A stretch of DNA of 43,778 nucleotides, filler included, from Callorhinchus milii (Eukaryota), in NCBI RefSeq assembly GCF_018977255.1. It is 3 parts of 3 records of this genome, joined end to end, with 100 filler letters (N's around TTAATTAATTAA, not from the genome) between each part and the next. Parts side by side here need not be neighbours in the genome. Positions count along the whole stretch, not along the records: positions 1 to 12,915 come from NW_024706204.1; positions 13,016 to 30,626 come from NW_024704744.1; 1 more part is not named here. One strand, given 5' to 3'. Each line of letters starts with the position of its first letter. Positions within the stretch are counted from its first letter, which is position 1. Position numbers and translations under genes: made by a program. Under the pieces are notes generated by a model that saw nothing but the letters and a program-made list of their open reading frames with translations, made no database searches and had not been told where the DNA came from. Positions 11,160 to 24,767 of this stretch are shown here, in pieces.

Positions 11160-12915
11160 CACAGTGCTGTGTCTATGAGGGACCTGCACAAAAATATGCG
11201 GCGTTTACTGCTGCTCAATGGTTAGAGCACTCGCCCCGCAAGCGAGACAAATGGGTTCGTTTCCCGGCAGCAAAGGCAAACACGGCTGTTAGTCGATTGG
11301 CAGAACGCTTTTCGTACGGTAATAATTCCTTAAAATGATGAAAAAGAAACAAAAGTTTACTCAAGCGGTCACACGACTCTTCGCGAAATTTACTGCGCGT
11401 TTCATCCAATGCCACCACACTTTCTTAATCCACACACACATTTTTAACCAGCTTTAAGTCGGAAACTGGTTGATAATGGACCGGTTCCTTCAAACTAAAT
11501 AAAGATAATGTGGACACTCTTTGAGCAACTGTTTTTGAAATGCAACTGTGCGCAATTGACTGCCAAGTTTCGTCAACAAAAAACACATTTTAAAGTATAC
11601 CTGTGAAGCACTTTGAGGCGTCAAGAAGATGACAGCAACAACAAAGCTTATCATTATATTTCACGGTTTGTTTTGATTACGTAAAATCATAGTGATGTGT
11701 TGTCTCTTGTATCAGACACACATGTTACAAACATCAGTTTTAAAATATAAAGCATCATTTAGCGAAATAAACCGTAAAACACTATAACTTGCAGCTATGA
11801 AATAGATTAGTCAACTTGTGTTTTGCACCCAAACTGCTGTAACCCAGAAAACTAGACCGGAAAGGGGCGGAAAAGAAACTTTCCACTAAGTGGTGCAGAG
11901 ACATCCGAGAAACCGCGAACGTTACTTGATTCCTCCTCTTTCGCTTTGAAACCTTCCAATTGCTCCTTTCACCTCGTTACCAAATTGACATCTGCCTCCG
12001 GGGATAAGAAGCCAACACACAGTAGTCCGTTTTCCAGCCGTCTGAACGCACTCAGGGGCTTCCTCCTCCTACCTTTATTTGACTATATATATTAATAACA
12101 CTTGCATTTTAAACAGCGCCTTATGTCGTCTCTGAGACGTCTCAAAGCGCTTCACAGAATATACTGTAAATTGATGTGACTGCATTTTGAATACGAAACG
12201 GGATTATTGTGCCCACAAAGGAAACTAACATTCGACTAACAACAAGTTTCCCACTTACTCATCTGTTAACAGTTGTGTTTGGGAATTAACGCAACACGTC
12301 CAACATTTCCCATCGCCGGGAATCGAACCGAGATCTCTCGCTTGTGTGTCGAGGGCTTTAAGCATTCAGCTTCAGGACTTCGCAGATGGCACACGTTTGT
12401 GGAACTCATGGACGAGTTTTGGATCAACTTCCATATGCGTGTAACTTGCTGCAGTTGTCAGACCCTCAGCTGAAGAAATGAATGTCAGCGATGGAAGAGA
12501 AGCCATGGAGGAGCGAGATGGCAGAGCAGAGAAGATGACGCAAAATGACAGTGACACAAGGTTTTTGAACATAACCCTCAGACCTACTCCTTCACAGTGT
12601 ATGTAACTTCTGTATGTTGTAGTTCAGTTTTTGTCTCACAAGCGAGAGGAGCTGGGTTCGATTCACAGGCGGCACGGGTCAAGAACACAGTCAAGTTTCC
12701 TTACTCCACACGCACGCCAATGTTTGACTACCAACATGCAGGATTTCGGATAAAGGCCGATAGGCAGATGACTTTTATGGTGGTGATAATCCCTAAAAAA
12801 TGTTTTTACGTGTGATAATATGGGCATGTTAACCTGGACTTTTATGGGTTAATTCTGTGCGAATTGGCTGCAGTGCTTTGCCCAGAAAATACATTTCATG
12901 CGTAATAGACGAAGC

Positions 12916-13015
12916 NNNNNNNNNNNNNNNNNNNNNNNNNNNNNNNNNNNNNNNNNNNNTTAATTAATTAANNNNNNNNNNNNNNNNNNNNNNNNNNNNN
13001 NNNNNNNNNNNNNNN
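12916..13015. other. Assembly gap placeholder (44 N + TTAATTAATTAA + 44 N); identical placeholder at 30627-30726
   Basis: Exactly 100 nt with a central all-frame stop linker. The true gap size is unknown. Other N gaps: 29163-29323, 29706-30230, 34409-34554, 37978-38136. Confidence 0.95.
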
Positions 13016-14980
13016 CTTTGACAAAAAAACTTCTCATCCAAAACACAGCACTCCTCCAGCTTGAACCCACGATCGTCTGACCCAGTGGTGAGAATGCTAC
13101 CATCAACTGAAATTAACTTGTATTTTGCCCGTAAAATGCAGTCAATTCACTTTACAGTATATTCTGTGAAGCACTTTGAGACGTCTCAACAATAAGGCGC
13201 TATATCAAATGCAAGGATTATTATATTGTAAACCAAAGCTGTATCACTGAACCAAACTTTAGATGTCCTGATTTGGTTAAGTAGCAAAGTTTTCATCATT
13301 GAAAAACTTGCGCGATTGGAATATTTTCAAGTACTTGCATTGGAGGTTTTAAGGGGGTTAAAATATTTGAAAGTAAGCAAGATGAGGGTTAAAATACGTC
13401 AGATATAAAATTCAACAAAAATTCACAATGGTCCCGGCAAGATTTGCCGGCGATGTTAAAACATAAATATTTTAGTCGACAAAGTGGGAAATTTAATGGA
13501 GAGTTAATATTATCAGAACTGATGGAAGTTATGGTAATTTGAAAAGTCTTAACTGGAAAGAGCACGTGGATGAGTAAATAAACCGACAATTCATCTCAGC
13601 TAAGTTACGTTCCTAATAGGATGTCCGTGGAAGAGGACAGAAAAAAAGTCCTATCATAGGCTGGAGTAAAAATTAACTTGAGGCAGTTTTCTTTGGTGAA
13701 TCATTTGTTTAATCTTGAGATTATGGTATTCAAACACAATAACTGTTTTTAAATAACATCAGATGTAGAGTGGCTTTTGTTTTGACAACTGTAAATTATT
13801 CATGTTGAACACTGTTGTTGCAGGGAACATATGTTTTGCACAATAGTATCCCAACCCAAATAAAGCATTCATTCGTAATGCGACGTTGATGCACTGGCCT
13901 GCCTTTAGGAAGCAATGCATCAACCTAATTATTTTGTATTGAAATGGAAAACTATCGCATTTACATTGTCGCCGTTAAATGTGCAACTTAGCAAAATAAC
14001 ACCACACCTTTGATGTTTGTAATCCTTCAACGTTACCGCTTGAGCAAACTCTTAAACTGTAACTCTGTCCGGAGTTTTCGCGCTCACGTAGTTTTAATCT
14101 CTTCTAATTGAAATAAAATGGGAATGGTTTTTTTTTCAAGCTGCGTTGGAAAAACGAACACGGACGATAATCTTTGTTTCTGTGAGCTCTTTTGAATATC
14201 GCAAGAGATGCCGCAATTGCTCATCATTTGTACCAATAATAATCCTTGCATTCAATAGAGCGCCCTTTCACATCTTCGAGACGTCTCAAAGCGCTTCACA
14301 GAATATACTGTAAAGTGAACTGACTGTATCTTTTGTGGGTGTATCGCCAGAGATGTGTAGCGCAACTTGGGAAAACATCGACTGAGTCGCTGACTGTTGA
14401 TCACTCTTGAAAACTCAGAGCCGATGCTTTTTAAGTGAGGCGGCGATTATCAATAACGACTGATAACACTTGCATTCGAAGTAGTGCTTTTGGCGGAGGA
14501 CATCTCAAAGCACTTCACAGGACGTACCGTTAAGTGCAGTGACTTTTGTATTTTGTAGGCGAACACGACAACCAATTTGCGCAGAGAAAGGTCCCGCAGA
14601 CGTCCACGAGAAGCGAGAGACCAACGTGTTCTGGACACCGAGAAAAACTCCCTTTCCTATTCAAATGATGGTATGGGATCTTTTTTAACGAGCACTTCTG
14701 GGAAACGAATGTCACGAAGCAGGTTTGGAAATGCAGTCCTGCTGCATGATTGAGTACGCCCGCTGCTCGTTCGTCTCTGGGATCATGATTTGAACGCGGT
14801 TTAGACCAATGGGGGTAAGTGATCGCTTTCCGGGGGGCTGCAAGCGTCCGAAATAAAACGACTCTGCTGAGACGAAACTCAGTTTCTGGTCGGCACAAGT
14901 CCACATCACAAAGCTGCTAATTCCACTAAAGGTACCGTTGATTTGAAGTTGTAACCTACGCAGTGCTGGATGATGAACTT

Positions 14981-15302
14981 ATAATAATAATAATAATCCT
15001 TGCATTTGATATAGCGCTTTTCACGTCGGGAGGACGTCCCAAAGCGCTTCACAGAACACACTGTAAAGTGAATCGACCGTATATTTGTGGGCGAACGCGG
15101 CAGCCAATTGCGCACAGCAATGTCCCACAAACAGTCGTAGATTGAAAATGACCAATTTATTATTGTTTTGGGTTTTGGAGGGATTATTATTAGGCTCTGT
15201 GTGGAGTGAGGAAACTTGCCCAAGGTTTCGCCCTCTGCCTGGAATTGAACTCGGGTCTCTCGCTTGCAAAGCGAGTGCTCTAACCACTGAGCTACAGGAC
15301 TT
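14981..15302 (-). mobile_element. Same SINE family, full-length
   Basis: Reverse complement of the 161-480 element. Confidence 0.92.
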
Positions 15303-15388
15303 CCATAGACCAGGCAGATAATCATGCGCTTTGCGTTTTCTGTCGGATCTCGTCGGATGCTTATATTCTCTGCATCATTCTTTTTTTC

Positions 15389-15428
15389 CTTCTCTCTCTC
15401 TCTCTCTCTCTCTCTCCCTCTCTCTCTG
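15389..15428. repeat. (TC)n microsatellite
   Basis: Direct run of tctctc. Confidence 0.9.
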
Positions 15429-17145
15429 CTGGCATCATTCTCAGTTAGCAACACCTTTCAAGCTATCAAGAGAAAGAATAAATGCAGAGAGGCAAATGTT
15501 TAATACTGGCAGCTTCGGAATTTAAATAATTCATATGGTAACACTGCAACTGCAAATATTGACTTTTGCAGTCATTTTATGAAGACCAAGTGTAACTCAG
15601 GGATCGTGATATTTAAATGGAAGGTATAATTTCTTTTTAAATTAAAAAAAATCCTTTATTCTAGGCCCACATTGATCTTTCCTGAATTTCATTTTAAAAG
15701 TTTTAATTCAATTAAAATTAGACAAGTGGATCTACAATTCTACTAATCTTATAGAAACCCCGCCATCCACCCTGGTTAGGGACAATTTCAAAAGAATTAG
15801 TGAGCCCATTACGATTGATACTGTAGAATATAAAACCGATCCAGGCTAAAGGAGATAGATGACCTGCAACAGTCCAGCTCCTTTCCCCGTGAATCAAATG
15901 CGTTATCGGAAAAGTAAAAGAATCTTTAGCCCTCTTTCGACAGTTTAAAATCCTCACACAATATTTCGCTTTTGTTGTCTCGGGCAAATAAATGTTGTGA
16001 GTTTAAGATAGTAGATGCTAAGTTGATGCTCGTAATCAAGAGTTGCATCAACCGTGTGCAGAATGTGTCGTTTGCTTATGCGGCCGAACGCCGTAGGAGT
16101 AATTGTTCGCATTTGATGTAGTGCCTCATCATATTTGCGGAACATCTCAAAGTGCTTCACGGGATTTTTACTTTACTGTGAAGTGTAGAAACTGTGTATT
16201 TTTCTAGGTGAGCATAACAGCTAATTTTCCCGCAGTGATGTCCCACAAACGGCCATGAGTTAAACGATCAATCTTTTTTTATGGGAGCGGGAGGGGGGGG
16301 GGGGGAGGGGGGAACAAATTTTTGGCCAGGGGATTGAGACCTTTGCTTCGGGAGACCCTTCTGTTTTTTTTCAAACGTGCCACAGGATCTTTAATTCCTA
16401 CCTGAACAGGCAGATGGGACCTTGGTTAAATGTCTCACCTGAAAGGCAGCCTTTCAACAGCGCAACTCTCCCCCAGTACTGACTCGGAGGTGTAAGCCAA
16501 TGGTCACTTGAAGGAGAGAGGGGGAGACTTCCAAAAGTCCAGAGACCAAAGCCGGGTGACTCCAGGATGGAGTTCCAGAGAGGAGGGGCAGAATGACTGA
16601 TGGCTCGCTCACTGATGGTGGAGCAGATTGGTTGGGGGACACGAACCAATACAATACTACAATAGAATTGCCATTTATTTAGCGTCTTTCACATTGGGAG
16701 GATGTTTCTAAGAGCTTTACAGAGTTCGCTGGGCACCCGTGTTGGGTGTGGGGAGGGTGGGAGTGGGGCGGGGAGTAAGTCTTAAAGTGGGCTTCAAAAG
16801 TGGGGGTACTAGTCAGAGGGACTCTGGGATTTCAGAGATGTACACCTTCCTTATAACCTGCAAAGAATTATATCAGATAAATTGTTAAGTAGAAGTTTAG
16901 GACGATCGAGAAGTGGAAACTGCCTGAAGAAGGTTCCAGCATTCGTACCCTTCACTATTTCTCAAAACTTCTGTCTTCACCATAATTAAATTTTGCAGCC
17001 CTGCAGACAGGCCGCGGAGTAAAATACATCTCTTTTTCCTGGACTCAGTTCAGGGACAGGTTGCGGATTGAATAATGATAAACAATTTCTGTACTGGAGT
17101 CCATCATCTCCAATATCATCGAACTTGCTCCGAGTCAGTTTTGAG

Positions 17146-17421
17146 CAATAATAATCCTTGCATTTGATATAGCGCTTTTCACGTCCGGAGGACGTCCCAA
17201 AGCGCTTCACAGAACACACTGCAAAGTGAATTGACTGTATATTTTGTGGGCGAACGCGGCAGCCAATTGCGCACAGCAATGTCCCACAAACAGTCGTAGA
17301 TTGAAAATGACCAATTTATGATTGTTTTGGGTTTTGGAGGGATTATTATTAGGCTCTGTGTGGAGTAAGGAAACTTGCCCAAGGTTTCGCCCTCTGCCTG
17401 GAATTGAACTCAGGTCTCTCG
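17146..17421 (-). mobile_element. Same SINE family, 5'-truncated, inserted into one copy of a local duplication
   Basis: Reverse-complement match lacking the A box. Its flanks join in the paralog at 18277-18567. Confidence 0.9.
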
Positions 17422-18731
17422 AGACCGTGACTTGAACGGAGTGACGAGAATTTGCTGGTGTCGGTAATACCAATGTTTTACAGTTGCACCCCATCATCTT
17501 GAGAGGTTTGCGTTGAAAACAAACTCAGAGACGGATTTGAAGGCTGGCGTATTACAACATCTTTCTATGTTTTTTTTGGCACATCAAATTGCAGGTGAAT
17601 TATTAGACTTGGAGCATTAGTGCAAACGCCCAAATGGAAATTACAGTACAGAAAATGCTTAATAAATTGGACATGGGGTTACAGATGCTGTTACTTTACT
17701 CATTTTTTCTTTTGACAACAGCACAGGTTTTCTGGGAAAGCTACTTGTCTTGCACAATTTCTCGTCTTAATGAAGTACTTGGTGGATGTCATCATAACTG
17801 ATATTCCCTTTGCCGAGACTATCTCCCCAGAATGATTAACTCGCCTTCCGAAGGAAGGAAACCAACTGCATCCCATCTAAACTCTTCAAAGAGCGGCCAA
17901 AATCACCTCCTCCAGATTAGACGCGGAATTGAATCGTGGCAAAAGGATAACTCGTTGTCTTCAGCGTTGAGGAAACAAACAAGTCAATAACTCAGCTCAC
18001 GCCAGCCATTTACTTCCAGCAACTCCAATGTATGTGTCAGCAACATTGAAGAAAGATTGGCCATTATGTTGTCCGCCTACCTCGACTCTACAAAAGCAAC
18101 TGAGGTTATTACAGTTTGGCGTTCAAGTGCTGGATTTGGTAATCGCATCTAAGTTACATGGCAAGATGTTTGGATAATAGTAATTCTTGCCTTTGATACA
18201 GCATCTTATCACATTTTCCGGATGTGTCAAAGCGCTTCACAGAATATACTGTAAAATGAATTGACTAAACATGATAGAGAAGCGGAAACTGCCCGAAGAA
18301 GGTTCCAGAATTTGTACCCTTCACTTTTTCAGCCAACTTCTGTCTTCACCATAATTAAATGTCATAGCCCTGTGGACAGGCTGCAAAGTATAATCCATCT
18401 CTTGTTCCTGGAGTCAGTTCAGGAATAAGTTGTGGATTGAATAATGATGAATTATTTCCATAGAGGAGTCCACCTCCAACATCATCGAACTTGCTCCGAG
18501 CCAAGTTTTTGGACAAGGTCAGGACTGAAACGAAGTGACCAGAATTTGCTTGTGCTGGTAATGCAGGTTTTTTTTTTTTTTTGGGGAGGTGGGGGGCAGT
18601 CAGTTGGGTTCTGACACACGTGGGAACCCATCTCCGTGCTTAAGAGTATCCAAACCAAGCTGAGATTTCCAGGCGTCCCACCTACACATGGGAATCCCAG
18701 AGGGAGATGGCTGGAATGGAAAGCACATTCT

Positions 18732-19058
18732 GGAGTCCTGCAGCTCAGTGGTTAGAGCACTCGCTTTGCAAGCGAGAGACCTGAGTTCAATCCCAGGCAG
18801 AGGGCGAAACCTTGGGCAAGTTTCCTTACTCCAACAGAGCCTAATAATAATCCCTCCAAAACCAAAAACAATAATAAATTGGTCATTTTCAATCTACGAC
18901 TGTTTGTGGGACATTGCTGTGCGCAATTGGCTGCCGCGTTCGCCCACAAATATACAGTCAATTCACTTTACAGTGTGTTCTGTGAAGCGCTTTGGGACGT
19001 CCTCCCGACGTGAAAAGCGCTATATCAAATGCAAGGATTATTATTATTATTATTATTA
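18732..19058 (+). mobile_element. Same SINE family, full-length
   Basis: Direct match to 161-480 with a (tta)n tail. Confidence 0.92.
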
Positions 19059-19700
19059 TTCTCTCCCTGGAAGGATGCACCCAGTTTGCCCAATTCTGGA
19101 AAGTATTAGGTACAGATTGGCCAAGAGCCAAGACTTGGAGACCCCGGTATCCGTTGGGGGATCTGCTTGAGTCTAAGTTTACCGTAATTTTACTTGAGTC
19201 ATATTTTACTGTAAAAAAAACCATCGCCTACTCTAGGATCTGAAAACTTTGAATTTCTTTCCCTAAATTCTGCCGGCTTTTAAAATCCAAAGAGCATTAC
19301 TTCCTGAATCCCCTTTGCTATTCTTTTCTTTTCGCCAGGTCCTTTAGATCCTTGCTCAAGTTATTCATTTATTTTTTTAAAAAATTCTGTTCCCAAAGGA
19401 GAAATGTTCAAGTTAATGCAATTGATGTTTCGAGTGGCCAGAAAAAAAACATTATAGAGGTTGAAATTAACAGTTAACTAGGGCAATTATCTCTCCTCAG
19501 AACTTGAGTTTATCAGCCGTCCTTGAAAGATTATCATTCTTAGAACTAGATGCGCAGGATTTATGTGGACCTGGGGGATGTCTAAAAGTCAGTATATCTA
19601 AAAAAAAATTTACCAATTAAAATAGTGACTATCATAAAAGAAAAGTACCCGTGAAATCCACCGTTGAAACTCAACATCGTTTGACCTCACTGGATAACTG

Positions 19701-20012
19701 TAATAATAATCCTTGCATTTGATACGGCGCTTTATCACGTCTTCGGGAAGTCTCGAAGCGCTTCACAGAATATTACTGTAAAGTGAATTGACTGTACATT
19801 TCCGTTGAAACGCGGCAGCCAATTGCGCACAGCAGCGTCCCCACAAACAGCCGTGGCTTGAAGTGACCAATTTTATTATTGGTTTTATTTGTTTGTTTTT
19901 TCTGGCGGGATTAGAGTAAGGAAACTTGCCCAAGGCTTCGCCCTGCCAGGAATAGGACCCAGTTCTTTCGCTCTAGCGAGGCAAGTGCTCTAGCCTCTGA
20001 GCTACAGGATTC
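19701..20012 (-). mobile_element. Same SINE family, more diverged copy
   Basis: Reverse-complement head (gagctacaggattc), core and tail are all recognisable. Confidence 0.85.
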
Positions 20013-21399
20013 CGAACTGTGTTGGAAAGAACCTCACCAATCAAGACAGGTAAGATTGTCGAAGATTTGAAGAACTGAATAGGAAGCAGAGTTCCTTTCG
20101 TTTTCTGATGATTTTAACTGGATCATATGAAAGTCAGCGAGAAAACATATGCATAAGAATACCCAGGAGCTCTCTGTAAGCAGTCAAAGTTTTGGCAAAA
20201 GGAAGATTACGTATTCTTCAGCAGTGTGCTTCTTCCCTCCTGAACCAGATTTAATAATGCACATTGATGTGTATACATTGGAATTGGAGTTTGTTGAGCA
20301 TTTCCTGCAGCGCACTCTTCACTTGGGCATTTGCTCCTTGTACACTGGGTCTAACAAAATAGGTTGATGAGCAAGAAGGAGATTGTCTTTCGGAAAAAGC
20401 GTTCCATATATGCATTTTCCATCTTGCATCTTTGACAGGAATCGACGGGGCAAACCTTTGGGCGTCAGTAATACTTCCAATTCTCGAACAACTCCCCTGG
20501 TCAGAAACAATGCAGTGCACCGCAAAACGATCATCAAGTCTCAGTGGAGGATCCGTTGTGCATTTGGGAATTTTGGAATCTAATTTCTGACGCTGCTAGA
20601 AAGCAACCCGGCGGTAATTAATAATAATAATCCTTCCATTTGATATAGTGCTTTATCACGTCGTTGAGATGTCTCCAAGTGTAGTGACTGTGTATTTTGT
20701 GGGCGAAATGTGGCAGCCAATTGCACACAGCAATGTCCCACAGCGACCAAATTATTATCATTATTTCTTTGAGGGGATTGTTACCCCCAGAAAGCAATCT
20801 GCCAATCGATTAACAAGCGGGTTCCTACTTACTGCTTGGTAAACAGAGGCGTGTGGAGTACGGAAACTTGCCTAAGATTTTGCCCCTCCCGGGAAATGTT
20901 GAGAAGATCCAATTAAATAGAGCCTCATTAGAGTTTTGGGAATCTAAACAACGCACACGTTTTCTTATAACAGGAGATCTTTGCATTAACACGTGACAGA
21001 CACTATCACACAGAAGGGAAAGAACAGCAATTCGCATTTATATAGCATCCTTCATACGGGCATCTGAGTCCAGAAGTTGCTTGCGCAAACAGGAAATCAG
21101 TTTGGTTCTAATGTGGAATATTTTTCCTGTCGTGACTGTCATCACCTTTCAAGAGGGGTGAGTGACATTATGGTAATGACTGTAGGATCCTGCAAGGTTG
21201 TGATTCCGGAAGATCTGATCTCTATCTCAACAGAGGTCCAGGTGATCAGTTAGAGATTTGGCAACAATTTATTGGCGTTGCTGCCTTCTTTCAGGTTTCA
21301 GGTCTCATAAATATTTGTGTATCAAGTAAGGTTATCTACCGTCTCCTTGTTCAGTATTTTTTTCCCCAAGAAGGCAAACAGCAAGATCTGGAGATGGAG

Positions 21400-21690
21400 G
21401 GATCTGCATGGAACCATGTATAGTGGTATTGATGATTGTGTTTACAATTATGAAAGCGTTTGATAAAGTAGATATAAATAAGCTGTTTCCACTTGTTGGT
21501 GAATTTATAACAAGGGGGCATGGATATAAGATAGCCAAAAGCACATTTAAAAGGTGAGTTTAGGAAGAACTTTACGCAGATGGTGATGAGAACATGGAAC
21601 TCGCTCCCAGAAGCTACGGTTGAAGCAGAAAGGATCAATGTATTCAAGAGGAAACTCGATGTAAACATCATGGAGAAGGGAAAAGAGGGG
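21400..21690 (+). mobile_element. CR1-like LINE ORF2 C-terminal fragment
   Basis: Translates to ...VMRTWNSLPEATVEAERINVFKRKLD, the CR1 WNxLP...FKxxLD signature. Confidence 0.8.
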
Positions 21691-24454
21691 TTACAAATGT
21701 GTGGGTTTTCTTATCGTGTGTATGAGTGTGTGTGTGTACGTGTGTTAGTTATGAAATCCCATTAGTAAACACTGCTAATTTGAGCCCTGTCATCTTTTGT
21801 ATTTAGTGAATGAAGGGTTGGCAGGTAACTCTCATCAGGGTTCCAGTGATAGATATTGTCACGAGGTTTCCATTATTTGAGTCATTTATAAGCAGTGCAA
21901 CAGAGCCAAAAAAGTTTCAGCATAAAACGATTAACTCTTGGCACGAATCCGAAATCAATCGTTCCGACCTAACCAATGAAACAAACTGTTCTGTACTCAC
22001 TCTTTGTTGCGAAGTGGATGTCAAAATGTCCATTACATGTCATTTGGATTCCTAGAATTTTCAGTCAATTCACCCCAAACATCCCCTGATTGATTCAATC
22101 AGAGGAAGAGGTCAATTCTGGAGTGACGCAGGCTCCTTCGAAATTTCCTGCCTTGGCACAAAGTAAGCGAACCAGAAATACTTGGCTCAATAATTCCTCT
22201 GTTTCTAATGTTTTGTGACTGTGACATTGCATTAATTAACCATTCTCTCGGTTCCCCAAGTATATCACATCCAATTATCTATCGGTTTGATATAGACATC
22301 TGACCATTTCCAGAGGGTTACAGACACCACATCAGCCTCCGTTCAATTTATTGGAGCAACGGACCTCTATGAAGTATCGGGGTTCTATTCGATATCCAAT
22401 GCTTGCTTCCCAGTAGCAAATGTATATCTCTTGCTAGAATTTTTCACAGTCTGCTGAATTCATCACCTTTTGAATCCTCGTTTTCAATAACGTTACTCTT
22501 AACATTACTCTTATCGCTGAACTTAAAATACAGAAACAAATATCTTCCTGTGCTTTCATATTCTTTCTTAGTATGCCAATCTCTTCAGCAATGTGTGCCC
22601 TCTGTCGAGAGGACGCTAGGAAAATTCAATCAACAGCCAAAGCGATTCTGGCTTAATGGCTTGCAGTGGCCTATTCCAATATGTCTCTACATTTTTCATT
22701 GGTGCTCCTAACCTAAAATATGCCTAGACTTTGAATACACTTCATCAGATGCCCAGCAACTTTCTCCACTGCTTTCTTGATTGTTCCTGGAAATATCCTC
22801 GTCATTTCTCCTAAACAAAACCCATAACACCGGTTGTGACTTTCCCCTTTCGAAGGGTATCTCACTTATGCCCTTTCGAGCATCGTTCCTAATCTCACTG
22901 AAGGATCCAGTCAGGATAAAAGAGTTAACACAGTCTGTTGCGTTCCAGTTTTACTGATTCGTTAAACTGGAAAATAAACCACTGCCAATTAATAATATTA
23001 TAATATTTATATTATTATTGGAAATGATTTCTTTTCCAGTGTAACTGAGAAACGCATTCCAATTCCTGAAAAATAGATTGAAGCAAAGTTTCTTTAGGAG
23101 TATTGTTATTGAAAATAAAGATTCAAACGGTGATGGAATTATTCATGTATTTTGACCGAACAAGCCATTTCAAACATTCCCTGGATTTGCACTGCACTGA
23201 AGCTATTGGCATTGACATCTTGGTACAGTTGGTATAGTTATTCGTCCCCTTTGCAAACCGTTATGAAATTCTTGGCCTGGAGTTTGTCTGTTTGTTAGAC
23301 TGTGCCAAAATGATTGTCCGATGCTGGACACTGCGAGGCTTATTTGCTATGCATATATGTTGCACATGATAACCAAATTGACCCAAGTACCTTAAATTAG
23401 GAAAAAAAAATGAGTAAAATGTCATGTTATTTTCATTATTCTGTCTGGGGGCAAGCAGTTATTCATTTCAACAGCATGGCGAATACTATTTTTGCCTTCA
23501 GTACAATAGCTTCAGACAAATTATTGCAATACATATGGAGTTTCTTTCCAGACTTATTGAGCTATTATGATGATTTGTTCTGAATCTCATTTATTTCGAG
23601 GAAAATCAAATCAACTCCACTGCTGAACCTGAAATTCTAGATTGAATTTCCATCACTTTCGAAAGGACACGGGTGCATTTTAAGATGGTACGGAGAAAAT
23701 CAGCAAAGACAATTCCTGGATTTCAACGTATATTTTTTGATGGTTAAAATGCAAAATGACATTTTTAAAAATTCGAAAATGTAAGATTAAGACCAGGTTC
23801 CTTTTTTAAAAAAAAAAATTCAGATGTAGAATGCATCCAGTGATTAATAAAACAGTAGGATAATGCGATATGATTTTCACAAACAAGATTCCATAAAAGA
23901 AAGATGACTGAAAAAGGAACATTCATTCCAGCTTAGATTTTTTTTTTTTTTGCAATGGTTTACGAGCTGTCTGAATTAGTATTCAGTCTTCTTTTTCCGA
24001 AAGGAAACTAAACAAATTGCCTTAGGATGCAGGCCATTACGCACGATTTACATCGAGGACTGGCGAAAGGGAATTGGCTAAATATTTGAAGGAAAAGTAA
24101 ATTAAAGTTGATGGGGAATAGTTTAGCGGTTGAGCCAGAACCAGCTTAGTGTGGATGGACCAAATGGCCTCCTTCTATTCAAAGAAATCCCTCCACATCC
24201 TCGCCTCCGTCTCTCTTCTGGTACCTCCGACATTAAGCCTGTCGACACGCTGTTCCCTTCACTCAGCGAACACTAGCTGGCTTCACACTCATCACCTGAT
24301 CCTCCCCACCATTTTTGGGCAAGCAATCGGTCACTCTGTTCTTGCTCTCTGGTATTCCCTTCTAAATTCCCTCCAACTTGCCCCTTCCCTCCCCAGTTTC
24401 AAAGACTTGCATCTTTACCTTCCACCACCACCCATCCATCTTATAATAATCCTT

Positions 24455-24767
24455 AATAATCCTTGCATTTGATATCGCGCTTTTCACTTCGGGAGGACGT
24501 CCCAAAGCGCTTCACAGGACACACTGTAAAGTGAATTGACTGTATAATTGTGGGCGAACGCGGCAGCCAATTGCGCACAGCAATGTCCCACAAACAGTCG
24601 TAGATTGAAAATGACCAATTTATTATTGTTTTTGTCTTTTTGGAGGGATTATTATTAGGCTCTGTGTGGAGTAAGGAAACTTGCCCAAGGTTTCGCCCTC
24701 TGCCTGGAATTGAACTCAGGTCTTTCACTTGCAAAGCGAGTGCTCTAACCACTGAGCTACGGGACTC
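24455..24767 (-). mobile_element. Same SINE family, full-length
   Basis: Reverse-complement match to 161-480. Confidence 0.92.

Noticed and set aside
12960-12971. TTAATTAATTAA palindrome inside N runs (also 30671-30682)
   Set aside because: Artificial scaffolding linker in a fixed 100-nt gap placeholder.
14906-15454. Recurrent ORFs containing IIIPPKPKTIINWSFSIYDCLWDIAVRNWLPRSPT (also 17179, 18688, 24453, 27741)
   Set aside because: Chance translations of the same SINE, not a gene family.
22111-22140. VNSGVTQAP, resembling a V-domain start
   Set aside because: No downstream Cys, Trp, YYC or RSS in any frame.
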